From an uncultured Methanosarcinales archaeon (GTDB taxonomy: Archaea; Halobacteriota; Methanosarcinia; Methanosarcinales; Methanosarcinaceae), in the NCBI GenBank assembly GCA_964492225.1, contig CAZBJM010000001.1, positions 30,599-94,598 of the forward strand: a stretch of 64,000 bases of DNA, read 5' to 3'. A program made the translations under genes and the position numbers. The first letter of the stretch is position 1, and each line of letters starts with the position of its first letter. Under the pieces are notes generated by a model. The model was not told the origin of the DNA, searched no databases, and worked only from the letters and a program-made list of their open reading frames with translations. Shown here one piece after another: positions 9,135 to 18,068 of this stretch.

Positions 9135-10166
9135 ATGAATAAAATTAAAAAATGGATATATATTTCCTTGCTCATAAGCATGGTATCCGGAATATTTGTC
9201 CTTGCACTCACCTTTGACCCCTGCACGATACATGGTCTACGCTCTGTGAAGCATGAATATATCGTTGCTGCGATATGCATCCACGCATTATCCTTTCTAG
9301 TCTGGGCCATGCGCCTACGTGGTCTGTGTAAGACCTTTGGGTATGACCTGCGCATAAAAAGAGCACTTGAGATCGTGGCTTCAAGCATCCTGGTTGCAGC
9401 CATCACCCCCTCCTCCATGGGCGGCGAACCCCTACGGATACACCTACTGCACAAAGATGATGTGCCACTGGGAGTAGCATCTGCTGTGGTCATTGTAGAA
9501 CGACTGTTGGATGCTGTATTGATATTGTCGATCGCTCCAGCATCCCTTTTTGTGTACAGGCACGTATTGGATGACCCTGTACTCGACAACGTATTGGCCA
9601 TGACCGCTTTCCTTCTGATACTTGTGCTGGCATTGGTATTCTACGCAATATGGCAGCCACAGGCTACACGCAAACTGATAATGTTCTTTGTAAAAAGAAT
9701 GGCACCCGTATTTGGTGCCAGAACAGATGCAAGGCTTGAGAGCATCACAAAGAGGATCGATACAGAGCTTGAGAACTTCCATGGAAGCATGTTCCAGTTC
9801 ATGAGAAAGGAAAAACGTAAAGGTCTTATCATAGGGATGTTCAATACGATACTATATTGGGGCGTGGAGTTTTCCATGCTCTATGTCATCCTTCTTGGCC
9901 TAAACCAACATCCCAGCATCATACTCCTTGTAGCAGCCCAGGTGATAGTTTCACTGCTCATGGTATTGCCCACAACACCAGGTGCAAGCGGCGTTGCTGA
10001 ACTGAGTGCAACGACGGTCTTCTCAGTATTCGTGTGCCCTTCACTGTTGGGTGTGACTGTTGTGGTCTGGAGGGCCCTGAGCTTTTACATGAACCTTCTA
10101 GTAGGTGGTTTTGTAAGCTTTAAAATCATGAAGGATACAGAAATGATGAAAAAGCTCTTGCGCTAA
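9135..10166 (+). CDS. polytopic membrane protein, flippase-like / lysylphosphatidylglycerol-synthase TM-region family
   Basis: Multiple TM helices; family resemblance only. The track ORF starts at GTG 9129; ATG 9135 (MNKIKKW) is preferred. Confidence 0.6.
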   Translation: MNKIKKWIYISLLISMVSGIFVLALTFDPCTIHGLRSVKHEYIVAAICIHALSFLVWAMRLRGLCKTFGYDLRIKRALEIVASSILVAAITPSSMGGEPLRIHLLHKDDVPLGVASAVVIVERLLDAVLILSIAPASLFVYRHVLDDPVLDNVLAMTAFLLILVLALVFYAIWQPQATRKLIMFFVKRMAPVFGARTDARLESITKRIDTELENFHGSMFQFMRKEKRKGLIIGMFNTILYWGVEFSMLYVILLGLNQHPSIILLVAAQVIVSLLMVLPTTPGASGVAELSATTVFSVFVCPSLLGVTVVVWRALSFYMNLLVGGFVSFKIMKDTEMMKKLLR

Positions 10167-10238
10167 AAACAAAAAGTTTGTTTTTGTTGAACTGCCTCTC
10201 TCTTCTTTGGTTTCATCCAAGTTCGCCTTCTTTATCTT

Positions 10239-10463
10239 GAGATAGCCTAATTAGTTCATATTTCCTCCATTCTGATCAGATGAACAATTAACAATAAACG
10301 CGTGCTACATCTATAACAAAAATGCGGCACCTTTTTACATTCCAACCCCCCGGCTCATCGCCAATCGCGCGCGTTTTTTCCCAGGGGCGGATAGCATATA
10401 GGAATGGAGTATGCTTAAAAAAAGCGATAAGAATATAAAGTGAATTTCTGATTAGACAAACTC
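10239..10463 (+). repeat. MITE-like repeat, copy B (full length, 225 bp) with 5-bp target-site duplication
   Basis: Flanked by ATCTT at 10234-10238 and 10464-10468. Termini gagatagcctaattag / ctgattagacaaactc. GC-box atcgcgcgcgtttttt. Confidence 0.85.
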
Positions 10464-10484
10464 ATCTTATTTTTCAGATATCGT

Positions 10485-10584
10485 TCAAAGTATCACCTAA
10501 TGGTATGCTTTGTGCAGTTTGAACCATATGGGGGGAAATCGTGCGCGTGAGGCAATGGATGGCAGTTGACCAGTTAGATAGAGG
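10485..10584 (+). repeat. second repeat module (GC-box 2 / GTTGAC box), copy after MITE B
   Basis: By eye ~65-70 percent similar to 19311-19414: tcaaagtat..ttgaacc..cgtgcgcgtgaggcaatggatgg..gttgacc. Confidence 0.45.
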
Positions 10585-10646
10585 GGTGCATTTTATGAGA
10601 TACAGGACAGTACCAATATAAAGGAATAATAGCTGTCAAACTTGGG

Positions 10647-10726
10647 ATGAACCTTCTAGTAGGTGGTTTTGTAAGCTTTAAGATCCTGAAAGGTACAGAA
10701 ATGATGAAAAAGCTCTTGCGCTAAAA
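10647..10726 (+). pseudogene. duplicated 3'-terminal fragment (last 25 codons plus stop) of the upstream membrane-protein gene
   Basis: 76/80 nt identical to 10089-10168. Reads MNLLVGGFVSFKILKGTEMMKKLLR* versus MNLLVGGFVSFKIMKDTEMMKKLLR* at the end of the real gene. Confidence 0.75.
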
Positions 10727-10739
10727 CCATAGAAGCTTG

Positions 10740-12470
10740 TCATAACCTCTCAGATGCCTGGTCAAATCTAAGAAGGGTTACCACTTGTTCTGCATAATTG
10801 GCCTTGGAAAGTCCCATCCTTCCCAGAAAATCATCCTTATCCTGAAAAGGCAACATGCTCCTTATAATAGCTGCCTGGTCCTTTCCCACCCCTGGCAATT
10901 CCTTGATAAGTGTAAGAGAAGCATTATTGATATCAAGAGGAAAAGGGATCCCCGTGATGGAACGATGACCATGGCCGGTTACCACTAGGTCCGTGAAACT
11001 TCCAAGTAACATCGGCGAGGGTATACCTGCAAGTAGTGGATATGAACCCATTTGTCTTGCAAAACAGATCCCTCCATCGTTCACCTCACACAACATATCC
11101 CTTAGAACTGTGCCAATTGGTACCAGCTTACGGAGCATGGGAAGGTCAATATCCCTTCTTACATTCTCTTTGTATCGCAGGAATTGTTTTTTGTGCTTTG
11201 CAACCAGTTCATCTTTTCCATACATAGATGTCCCTGGGAAAGCCATGACCTGTCGGATGTTTATACGTCTGAGGAGCAGGTCCGCATCAAGTACCTGCCT
11301 GAGGAAATCATAGTTGAGCTCAAAGGTCTTCTTGGTTTCACCCTTAAGACCATGCACAAAGTTCAGACCTGGAAGCAACTCCGGCATTCCATTGGCTCCC
11401 CTTCTCCGTCCTATCTCATTTATAAGAGCAATGGCATTGAACACCTCATCAGGCATGGCTTTCAGGTCATTGGCTCGGATCACCGCCGGGTCAGCACTCT
11501 CCATTCCCATGGCTGCAACATCCCCTGGAGTATGATACTGTACAATGGTCCTGAGTATGGCCTCACACTGATCGGGATATGCGGCAATTGTTCCGGGATT
11601 GGCATTATCCATATGTAAGAGCTTAAGTTCCGGGGCAACTGTACGAATACCCTTGTAAAGAGACAGCAAAGCCTCAGGAGAAGGTTCTGGGGTATCTCCC
11701 CCGGTATCCTTTGCATGGTAGCTGAATATATCGGGCTGACGTCCTATCCTGAAATACCGTGCACCATTAGCGTAGAGGGCTGCTACTTCCCCAATTACGT
11801 TCTCAACAGGCCTATAGTCCGAAAGACCATAGAAGGATTCAGTACAGAACGAGCAATGCACCTTACGCCCACAGCCCCGGTATGTCTCCAATTCACACAC
11901 GACCCTTGGATAGTCCGGATGCTTCTTTATGATAAAGGACCCTTTTGTGCTCCATCGGCCTATTTCACTGACTGTCCTAAACCTATGGACACAAGCATCT
12001 GCATCCTTCATGGTAGTGCTATCACTGAGTACATCAAAGACGAAAGCTTCGATATCTCCCTTTGAGAGATACATGTTCTCTCCGGTTATACCATGTGCAC
12101 GGGCCGCCTTGCCCCCCTCATAGCTAAAACCCAGACGGATAGGTCCTCCAAGCACTTTGAGTCCAGGTGATGCATTGAATATGCTCTCTATCTCCCCAGG
12201 ACCAATAGGAGTTGAACGCAGATATTTTCCAGGAACCGTCATCCCTGCCACTATAATAACAATATCTGCTTTTGCTGCCAGTCCCGCTACACTGCGCGGG
12301 TCCTTCCTGACAGAATCAATTGTGAAATAATCTATCCGCTCCTCAGTGAACCCTCTTTCCCTGAGTGCTCCAGCTATGTATCTTATATATGGTGAAATAT
12401 AGGGCGGAACCCCAAAACACGCGGGCTCGTCGACATATCCATCAATGATGAGTGCACTGGTATCTTTCAT
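10740..12470 (-). CDS. radical SAM-like protein with N-terminal flavodoxin/B12-binding-like domain
   Basis: Cys cluster YRGCGRKVHCSFCTE (CX5CX2C variant). 576 aa. Specific function not recognisable. Confidence 0.7.
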   Translation of the reverse strand: MKDTSALIIDGYVDEPACFGVPPYISPYIRYIAGALRERGFTEERIDYFTIDSVRKDPRSVAGLAAKADIVIIVAGMTVPGKYLRSTPIGPGEIESIFNASPGLKVLGGPIRLGFSYEGGKAARAHGITGENMYLSKGDIEAFVFDVLSDSTTMKDADACVHRFRTVSEIGRWSTKGSFIIKKHPDYPRVVCELETYRGCGRKVHCSFCTESFYGLSDYRPVENVIGEVAALYANGARYFRIGRQPDIFSYHAKDTGGDTPEPSPEALLSLYKGIRTVAPELKLLHMDNANPGTIAAYPDQCEAILRTIVQYHTPGDVAAMGMESADPAVIRANDLKAMPDEVFNAIALINEIGRRRGANGMPELLPGLNFVHGLKGETKKTFELNYDFLRQVLDADLLLRRINIRQVMAFPGTSMYGKDELVAKHKKQFLRYKENVRRDIDLPMLRKLVPIGTVLRDMLCEVNDGGICFARQMGSYPLLAGIPSPMLLGSFTDLVVTGHGHRSITGIPFPLDINNASLTLIKELPGVGKDQAAIIRSMLPFQDKDDFLGRMGLSKANYAEQVVTLLRFDQASERL

Positions 12471-12811
12471 AGGACTTCGTTCAATTGAACTTACACTTAA
12501 AATACTTATCCTTGATTTACAAGATGAAAACTCATTTCAAAGACCATGTTCAGCCTATCTTCTTCAAAGGTCATCATCGAATTCCTTTACCACTGTCACG
12601 TTTATGGAATACGGAACGGGAAAGGTTTGTTTTATAAGAGGAATATGAAGTATATCCCTTCATACCCCAGTAATTTATAATGTTTTATAATGAGTACTTA
12701 TTTATATTTATACAAGACATATTAAGATAAATATATTTATTTATGATTTGTCCTTATGGACATGAGCTAGCATGGAAAAAGTGTAAAAATATCATCATAC
12801 GGGTGTGTTCA

Positions 12812-13609
12812 ATGACTTCAAAAGTAATTACAATAATATCCGGAAAGGGTGGGACAGGTTCTACCACTTCAGCAATCAATATCGGAGCTGCACTTGCGGG
12901 TTTCGCTAAAAAGACCCTTCTCATCGACGCAGATCTAGGAATGCCGACAATTGGCCTGATGCTCGGTATCGATACATCCAAGGCCACACTACACGATGTC
13001 CTTGGCGGTACTGCCGAACCTGCCGATGCATTATATGACGGACCCAATAATATGAAGGTCATGCCAGGGAGCATATCACTCCAGAGTTTCATGAATACTG
13101 ACCCTGATAAACTGCAAGGTCTTGTTGAAAGCTTCAGAGGTCACTTCGATTTTATCATAATAGATTCTCCCACAGGCATCACCAGGAATTCCATCAGTGC
13201 TATCTCACTGGCCGATGAATTGATACATGTCCTGAACCCAGACATCGCTTCCCTTGCAGGTGCAATGAAAGTCAAGGCCATTGCAGCATCCATGGACAAG
13301 CAATTCATGGGTTCCCTTATCAACCGTACAGGAGTAACTTCCAATGAGCTCAGTGCAGAACGGATACAAAGCTCCCTTGGGTCCAATGTGCTTGAGACCC
13401 TTCAAGAGGATGCGAACGTCAAGAACTCTATGGCATTCAAAGCACCAGTTGTCGCAAAATATCCCGGTTCTCCTGTATCTGTAGGATTTAACCGTCTTTC
13501 AGCATCACTCGCAGGAATTAAGGTCCCGGCAGTTGAAACCTTTGAAGATGATAAGAAGAGATTAAAGAAGGGAAAAAGGCTCTCCCTTACTAAAAACATG
13601 AGCGACTGA
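12812..13609 (+). CDS. MinD/ParA-family P-loop ATPase (TadZ-like position in the filament operon)
   Basis: Deviant Walker A SGKGGTGSTT directly after the ATG at 12812 (MTSKVITIISGKGG). The track ORF start at 12743 adds 23 unlikely residues. Confidence 0.85.
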   Translation: MTSKVITIISGKGGTGSTTSAINIGAALAGFAKKTLLIDADLGMPTIGLMLGIDTSKATLHDVLGGTAEPADALYDGPNNMKVMPGSISLQSFMNTDPDKLQGLVESFRGHFDFIIIDSPTGITRNSISAISLADELIHVLNPDIASLAGAMKVKAIAASMDKQFMGSLINRTGVTSNELSAERIQSSLGSNVLETLQEDANVKNSMAFKAPVVAKYPGSPVSVGFNRLSASLAGIKVPAVETFEDDKKRLKKGKRLSLTKNMSD

Positions 13610-13630
13610 ACAGTTCTGGGGTTGATTTGA

Positions 13631-15580
13631 ATGGAACAAGGTTCGGACAAACATGGTCTTGTGCAAAGAAAAGCTCCTACATCTATTGAAAAGGACCTTG
13701 ATATGGAAAGTGAGATATGGATAGAAGATCTGGCCGATGACAGTACCAGTGAATTCGTACCCCGTATCAATGAAGACACTTTCGTTGATGAGCTCGCAAG
13801 TCTTATCCTGCCAGCCGATGAAATTGTAAGCATAGAGGAACTGAAAAGTAAGATCGATGTCCCCTATGAGAAATTCCATTACCAAGAGGAGATTACTGAA
13901 GAAAAGGAGACACATTGGGGCCTCGTCCTGAAAGAGATATTAGAGATAACTCCAGTAGAAACTGTAGTTTCAGATGAAGAGGATGAGAAAGAAAGTTTCA
14001 AGGACCGCATAAGCAAGTTATTTGCACAAAAAAAGATCAACACCGAAGCATACAATATGATCATGCATGGCCCTATTGTCGATTTCACAATACCGGCCGA
14101 TAGCCCATATAGAGAGGTAGAACTGTATGAGGTAAATGCACCTTATGCATATGTGCGTATAGCATACAATCCAAGCTCCCATGAATTCCAGTATCAGACC
14201 ATGGAACCTAAACTATCCCAGAAGGAACAGGAGCTTTTGAACGCAATTAAGACCAAGTTCATTGAAACACTTGACCTTGACCTTAATTCAGTATCAAGGA
14301 GCAATGCTGAGAACTTCTTAAGGGAAAAGGTGATGGAATACCTCCAAGAGTACCAGATCGACATATCTCCAAAGAAACGTGAAAAGATCATGTACTTCAT
14401 TGTCCGCAACTTTGTGGGCTACGGTGAAATAGATGTGTTCATGAGGGACCCAAACCTTGAGGACGTATCGTGTGATGGACCAAACACACCTATCTACATC
14501 TATCATAAAGTATACAACTCCATCCCGGCAAATGTAGAGTTTACCAGTGATGAAGAGGTAGATTCTTTTGCTATCAAGGTGGCACAGGTCTGTGGACGGC
14601 ATATATCCATAGCAAACCCACTTCTGGATGCTACCCTGCCCGATGGTTCCCGTATACAGCTCACCCTGGGTCGGGAAGTGACTACCAGAGGAAGTACTTT
14701 TACCATCAGGAGGTTCAAGGATAATCCAATCACACCTGCAAACCTTATCGACTATCACACATTCTCCACAGCAATGCTGGCTTATCTCTGGCTTGCGGTG
14801 GACTCCAACAAGAGCCTTATCTTTGCAGGGGGCACAGCTTCAGGTAAGACCACAGCAATGAACGCAGTATCCCTTTTCATCCAGCCGGAGATGAAGATAG
14901 TATCGATAGAAGATACCAGGGAGCTTAACCTCTCACACCCGAACTGGATCCCAGGTGTTACAAGACATTCGTTTGGAGGCTCAGATAAGGGTTCCATTGA
15001 GATGTACGAATTGCTCAGGGCTTCTTTGAGACAAAGGCCAGAATACATAATAGTAGGTGAGGTGCGTGGAGTTGAGGCACTGACACTTTTCCAGGCAATG
15101 TCCACAGGTCACACCACCTTTTCCACGATGCACGCAGATTCAGTGGCTTCGGCCATACACAGGCTGGAGAACCCACCCATCAATGTCCCAAGGATCATGA
15201 TACAAGCACTGGACCTCATCGCTATCCAGGTTCAGGTGAGGGTAGGAGATAAGCGCGTCAGGAGATGTAAAGTGCTCACTGAGGTGATAGGTGTCGACCC
15301 AAGGACGGGTGAATTGCTGACAAATGAGGTCTTTATGTGGGACCCAGTAAAGGATATGTTCCAATATTCCGGGCGGTCATATGTAATTGAAAGTATTGCA
15401 GATAGTCGAGGCTGGACCGATGAGAGGGTACGTGAGGAACTGAAGCGTCGTCAGGAGATCCTTGAATGGACCAGACATAAGAAGATCATCCATTTCAGAG
15501 ACTTCTCAAAGATCGTGGTTGCATATAACCGTGAACCCGAAACTGTAATGAAGATGGTGAGGCAGGATATGCATGTCTAA
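13631..15580 (+). CDS. type IV filament / type II-IV secretion ATPase (FlaI/TadA/VirB11 family)
   Basis: Walker A GGTASGKTT, Walker B region RQRPEYIIVGEVRG, His box TGHTTFSTMHA. Carries a ~200-aa acidic N-terminal extension. Confidence 0.9.
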   Translation: MEQGSDKHGLVQRKAPTSIEKDLDMESEIWIEDLADDSTSEFVPRINEDTFVDELASLILPADEIVSIEELKSKIDVPYEKFHYQEEITEEKETHWGLVLKEILEITPVETVVSDEEDEKESFKDRISKLFAQKKINTEAYNMIMHGPIVDFTIPADSPYREVELYEVNAPYAYVRIAYNPSSHEFQYQTMEPKLSQKEQELLNAIKTKFIETLDLDLNSVSRSNAENFLREKVMEYLQEYQIDISPKKREKIMYFIVRNFVGYGEIDVFMRDPNLEDVSCDGPNTPIYIYHKVYNSIPANVEFTSDEEVDSFAIKVAQVCGRHISIANPLLDATLPDGSRIQLTLGREVTTRGSTFTIRRFKDNPITPANLIDYHTFSTAMLAYLWLAVDSNKSLIFAGGTASGKTTAMNAVSLFIQPEMKIVSIEDTRELNLSHPNWIPGVTRHSFGGSDKGSIEMYELLRASLRQRPEYIIVGEVRGVEALTLFQAMSTGHTTFSTMHADSVASAIHRLENPPINVPRIMIQALDLIAIQVQVRVGDKRVRRCKVLTEVIGVDPRTGELLTNEVFMWDPVKDMFQYSGRSYVIESIADSRGWTDERVREELKRRQEILEWTRHKKIIHFRDFSKIVVAYNREPETVMKMVRQDMHV

Positions 15581-16496
15581 TATCTATTTCACCTTCGCAT
15601 TCAATGTCTTTGGTAAATATTATACAAAAAGACGATCAGAGTACTTTAGCTTGCGTCATGACCTGATGAAGAATCGCATGAGGTTTGCATATGATACATA
15701 CCTATCAGGTGCACTACTTAGTGCTATAATTTGTTCAGTGGTCGCACTTTTAGGATTCACCCTAACTGTCATGCTACTTGGCGTACCTGATATCAAGGCC
15801 ACAAGACTTATGTTGCCTATATGGATGGCCCCATATCTAGTATTTAAACCATTGATCATCGCTTTGGTAGGAGCTCTACTTTTTGTAGGAGTGGTTTTCT
15901 TTGTGGTCTATAAAGGATTCATGCTCTATCCTTCAATAATGGCAGGTGACAGGAGGAGAAATATAGATACCATGCTTCCATATGCTGTGAACTACATGTC
16001 AGCAATGTCTGGCGCAGGTGTTCTCCCAGTGGACCTTTTCCGATCCCTTGCAAAGAACAGTATCTATGGACAGGTATCCGTTGAATTTAGGTATCTGGTG
16101 CGTGACCTTGAAGTGTTGGGTGCTGACCTTGTTACAGCGATGAAGAGCCTTTCCATGACCACGCCTTCTGAGATGTTGCAGGATTTCCTTCAGGGCGCCA
16201 TCACGGTTGTAACATCCGGTGGTCAGCTGGAAACATACTTCCAGGTCAAGGCAGACCAATATCTCCAGGAGAACAGGCAGACCCAGAAAGAGTTCCTTGA
16301 GACCCTGGGACTTTTGGGTGAAACCTATGTGACAGCGTTTGTGGCTGGTCCACTTTTCCTTATCGTGGTGATGTCCATAATGTCAATAATGGGTAGTGCT
16401 CAAATGGTATTCCTTTATCTGATCATCTATGCCCTGGTCCCGATCGGGAGTATCATGTATGTTATCCTCATAAGCAGTCTGACCCCGGAGGCATAA
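15573..16496 (+). CDS. type II secretion system F-domain membrane protein (FlaJ/TadB-like)
   Basis: Polytopic protein with a cytoplasmic T2SF-like domain. Its start overlaps the ATPase stop (ATG 15573, TAA 15578-15580). Confidence 0.8.
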   Translation: MSNIYFTFAFNVFGKYYTKRRSEYFSLRHDLMKNRMRFAYDTYLSGALLSAIICSVVALLGFTLTVMLLGVPDIKATRLMLPIWMAPYLVFKPLIIALVGALLFVGVVFFVVYKGFMLYPSIMAGDRRRNIDTMLPYAVNYMSAMSGAGVLPVDLFRSLAKNSIYGQVSVEFRYLVRDLEVLGADLVTAMKSLSMTTPSEMLQDFLQGAITVVTSGGQLETYFQVKADQYLQENRQTQKEFLETLGLLGETYVTAFVAGPLFLIVVMSIMSIMGSAQMVFLYLIIYALVPIGSIMYVILISSLTPEA

Positions 16497-16498
16497 TA

Positions 16499-17497
16499 AT
16501 GCTGGACAAATTGATAAAAAGAAGTTTCAAAAAGGAAGCTGTGCAGGATGTGACCTTAACTGAAGAGGAGCTGTGCAGGCTAGAAGATGAGATGATAAGT
16601 GCCAGGATGGAGGAGGCGGGAAAGAACACATTCATCAAGAATTTCTTCAAGGACCCAGGAGAGATATTCCATTCTAATCCAGAATTTACACTTATCTTCA
16701 GTTTTCCTTTGGGCATACTTGTCTTTATGCTTTGCATGGGAATACCCTGGATCACTCATTATATAGATGACCTGGTAATATTCACAGTCCTCATTATTGT
16801 ATCTCCTCCGGCTGTCGCCTATCATAGGAAGTTTACCCGTATCGATAAGGTGGAGGAGTACCTTCCAACTTTCCTGAGGGACCTTTCTGAACTTAGCAGA
16901 GCAGGCCTAACTCTTTCAAAGGCAGTTAACACTGTTGCAAAGGGTGAGTATGGAGCACTGACAAACGAGGTCGAACAAATGGACAGGTCCATGACATGGG
17001 GTATATCCTTCGAACAGGCACTGAACAATTTTGCAAACAGGGTACCAACCCCTGTAATAGCAAGGTCTGTCTCCCTCATCAATCAAGCAAGCAGGGCTGG
17101 AGGACGTGTCTCCTCTGTACTTGAAGCTGCCGCCAGGGACGCCCGTGAAGTAAAGATGCTTGAGCGGGAGAGAAGGGGAAATATGATGGTATACGTGGTG
17201 ATAAGCTACATGTCCTTCTTTGTCTTTATCTTTGTGATAGCTATGTTGACCTCGACCTTTGTTCCAACTATGGCAGAGGCTGCAAAGGCTGCGCAAAGCT
17301 CAGGAGCAGGGGCTGGATTCATAAAATCCTTTAACCCAGCAGAGTATACCCGGCTTATGATGCATGCGGCTGTCATCCAGGGTTTCATGAGTGGACTGGT
17401 TGCAGGACAGATGGGTGAAGGAGCGGTGACACAGGGTCTGAAGCATTCGGTCATCCTGACCGTGATAGCTTGGGTCGTGTTCACCCTTATAATCTAA
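16499..17497 (+). CDS. type II secretion system F-domain membrane protein (FlaJ/TadC-like)
   Basis: Second T2SF-like protein (TFLRDLSELSRAGLTLSKAV motif region), starting 2 nt after the previous stop. Confidence 0.8.
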   Translation: MLDKLIKRSFKKEAVQDVTLTEEELCRLEDEMISARMEEAGKNTFIKNFFKDPGEIFHSNPEFTLIFSFPLGILVFMLCMGIPWITHYIDDLVIFTVLIIVSPPAVAYHRKFTRIDKVEEYLPTFLRDLSELSRAGLTLSKAVNTVAKGEYGALTNEVEQMDRSMTWGISFEQALNNFANRVPTPVIARSVSLINQASRAGGRVSSVLEAAARDAREVKMLERERRGNMMVYVVISYMSFFVFIFVIAMLTSTFVPTMAEAAKAAQSSGAGAGFIKSFNPAEYTRLMMHAAVIQGFMSGLVAGQMGEGAVTQGLKHSVILTVIAWVVFTLII

Positions 17498-18068
17498 GGC
17501 CGGAGAAATTACTCCTGGCCTTCTCTTCTGTCTTTTTAAATAGGTCGTTGCCCTTTGCGTCTATACCGACGACCAATGGGCCAAGATCCTTTACCACTAA
17601 CTCCCATACGGCCTCGGCCATCCCAAAATCAGGCCAGTGCATTGTTCTTACCTGTATGATATGTTCTGCTGCAAGGGCTGCACAACCGCCTGTGAATGCG
17701 AGGTACACACATCTGCCTTTCATGACCTCCGTAAGGTTTTGCATGCCACCTTTTCCTATCAAGGCTGTCACGTCAAATCTATCAAGCAATGCAGGTGTCA
17801 TCTTTGACATCCGTGCACTGGTAGTGGGGCCTGCGGCAAGAGCGATCCATCTTGTTCCTTGTTGTTGCATCAGCGGACCACAGTGATAGATGGCTGTGGC
17901 CTCCAGGTCAAAGGGAAGCTTTTCCCCCTTTGCACCAAGCTCAAGTATACGGGCATGGGCCTCATCCCTGGCAGTGAGGATGGTCCCGCTAAGATACACC
18001 AGGTCCCCTGCCGTGAGTTGCATGACATCCTCCTTTTTCAGGGGCAGCTCAAAATGGAATTGTGCCAT
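17487..18068 (-). CDS. class I (Fe-S) fumarate hydratase, beta subunit (C-terminal domain type)
   Basis: AAGPTTSARMSK and GKGGM motifs of the FumB/TtdB family. ATG 18068 shares one base with the alpha-subunit stop (TGATG). Confidence 0.85.
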   Translation of the reverse strand: MAQFHFELPLKKEDVMQLTAGDLVYLSGTILTARDEAHARILELGAKGEKLPFDLEATAIYHCGPLMQQQGTRWIALAAGPTTSARMSKMTPALLDRFDVTALIGKGGMQNLTEVMKGRCVYLAFTGGCAALAAEHIIQVRTMHWPDFGMAEAVWELVVKDLGPLVVGIDAKGNDLFKKTEEKARSNFSGLRL

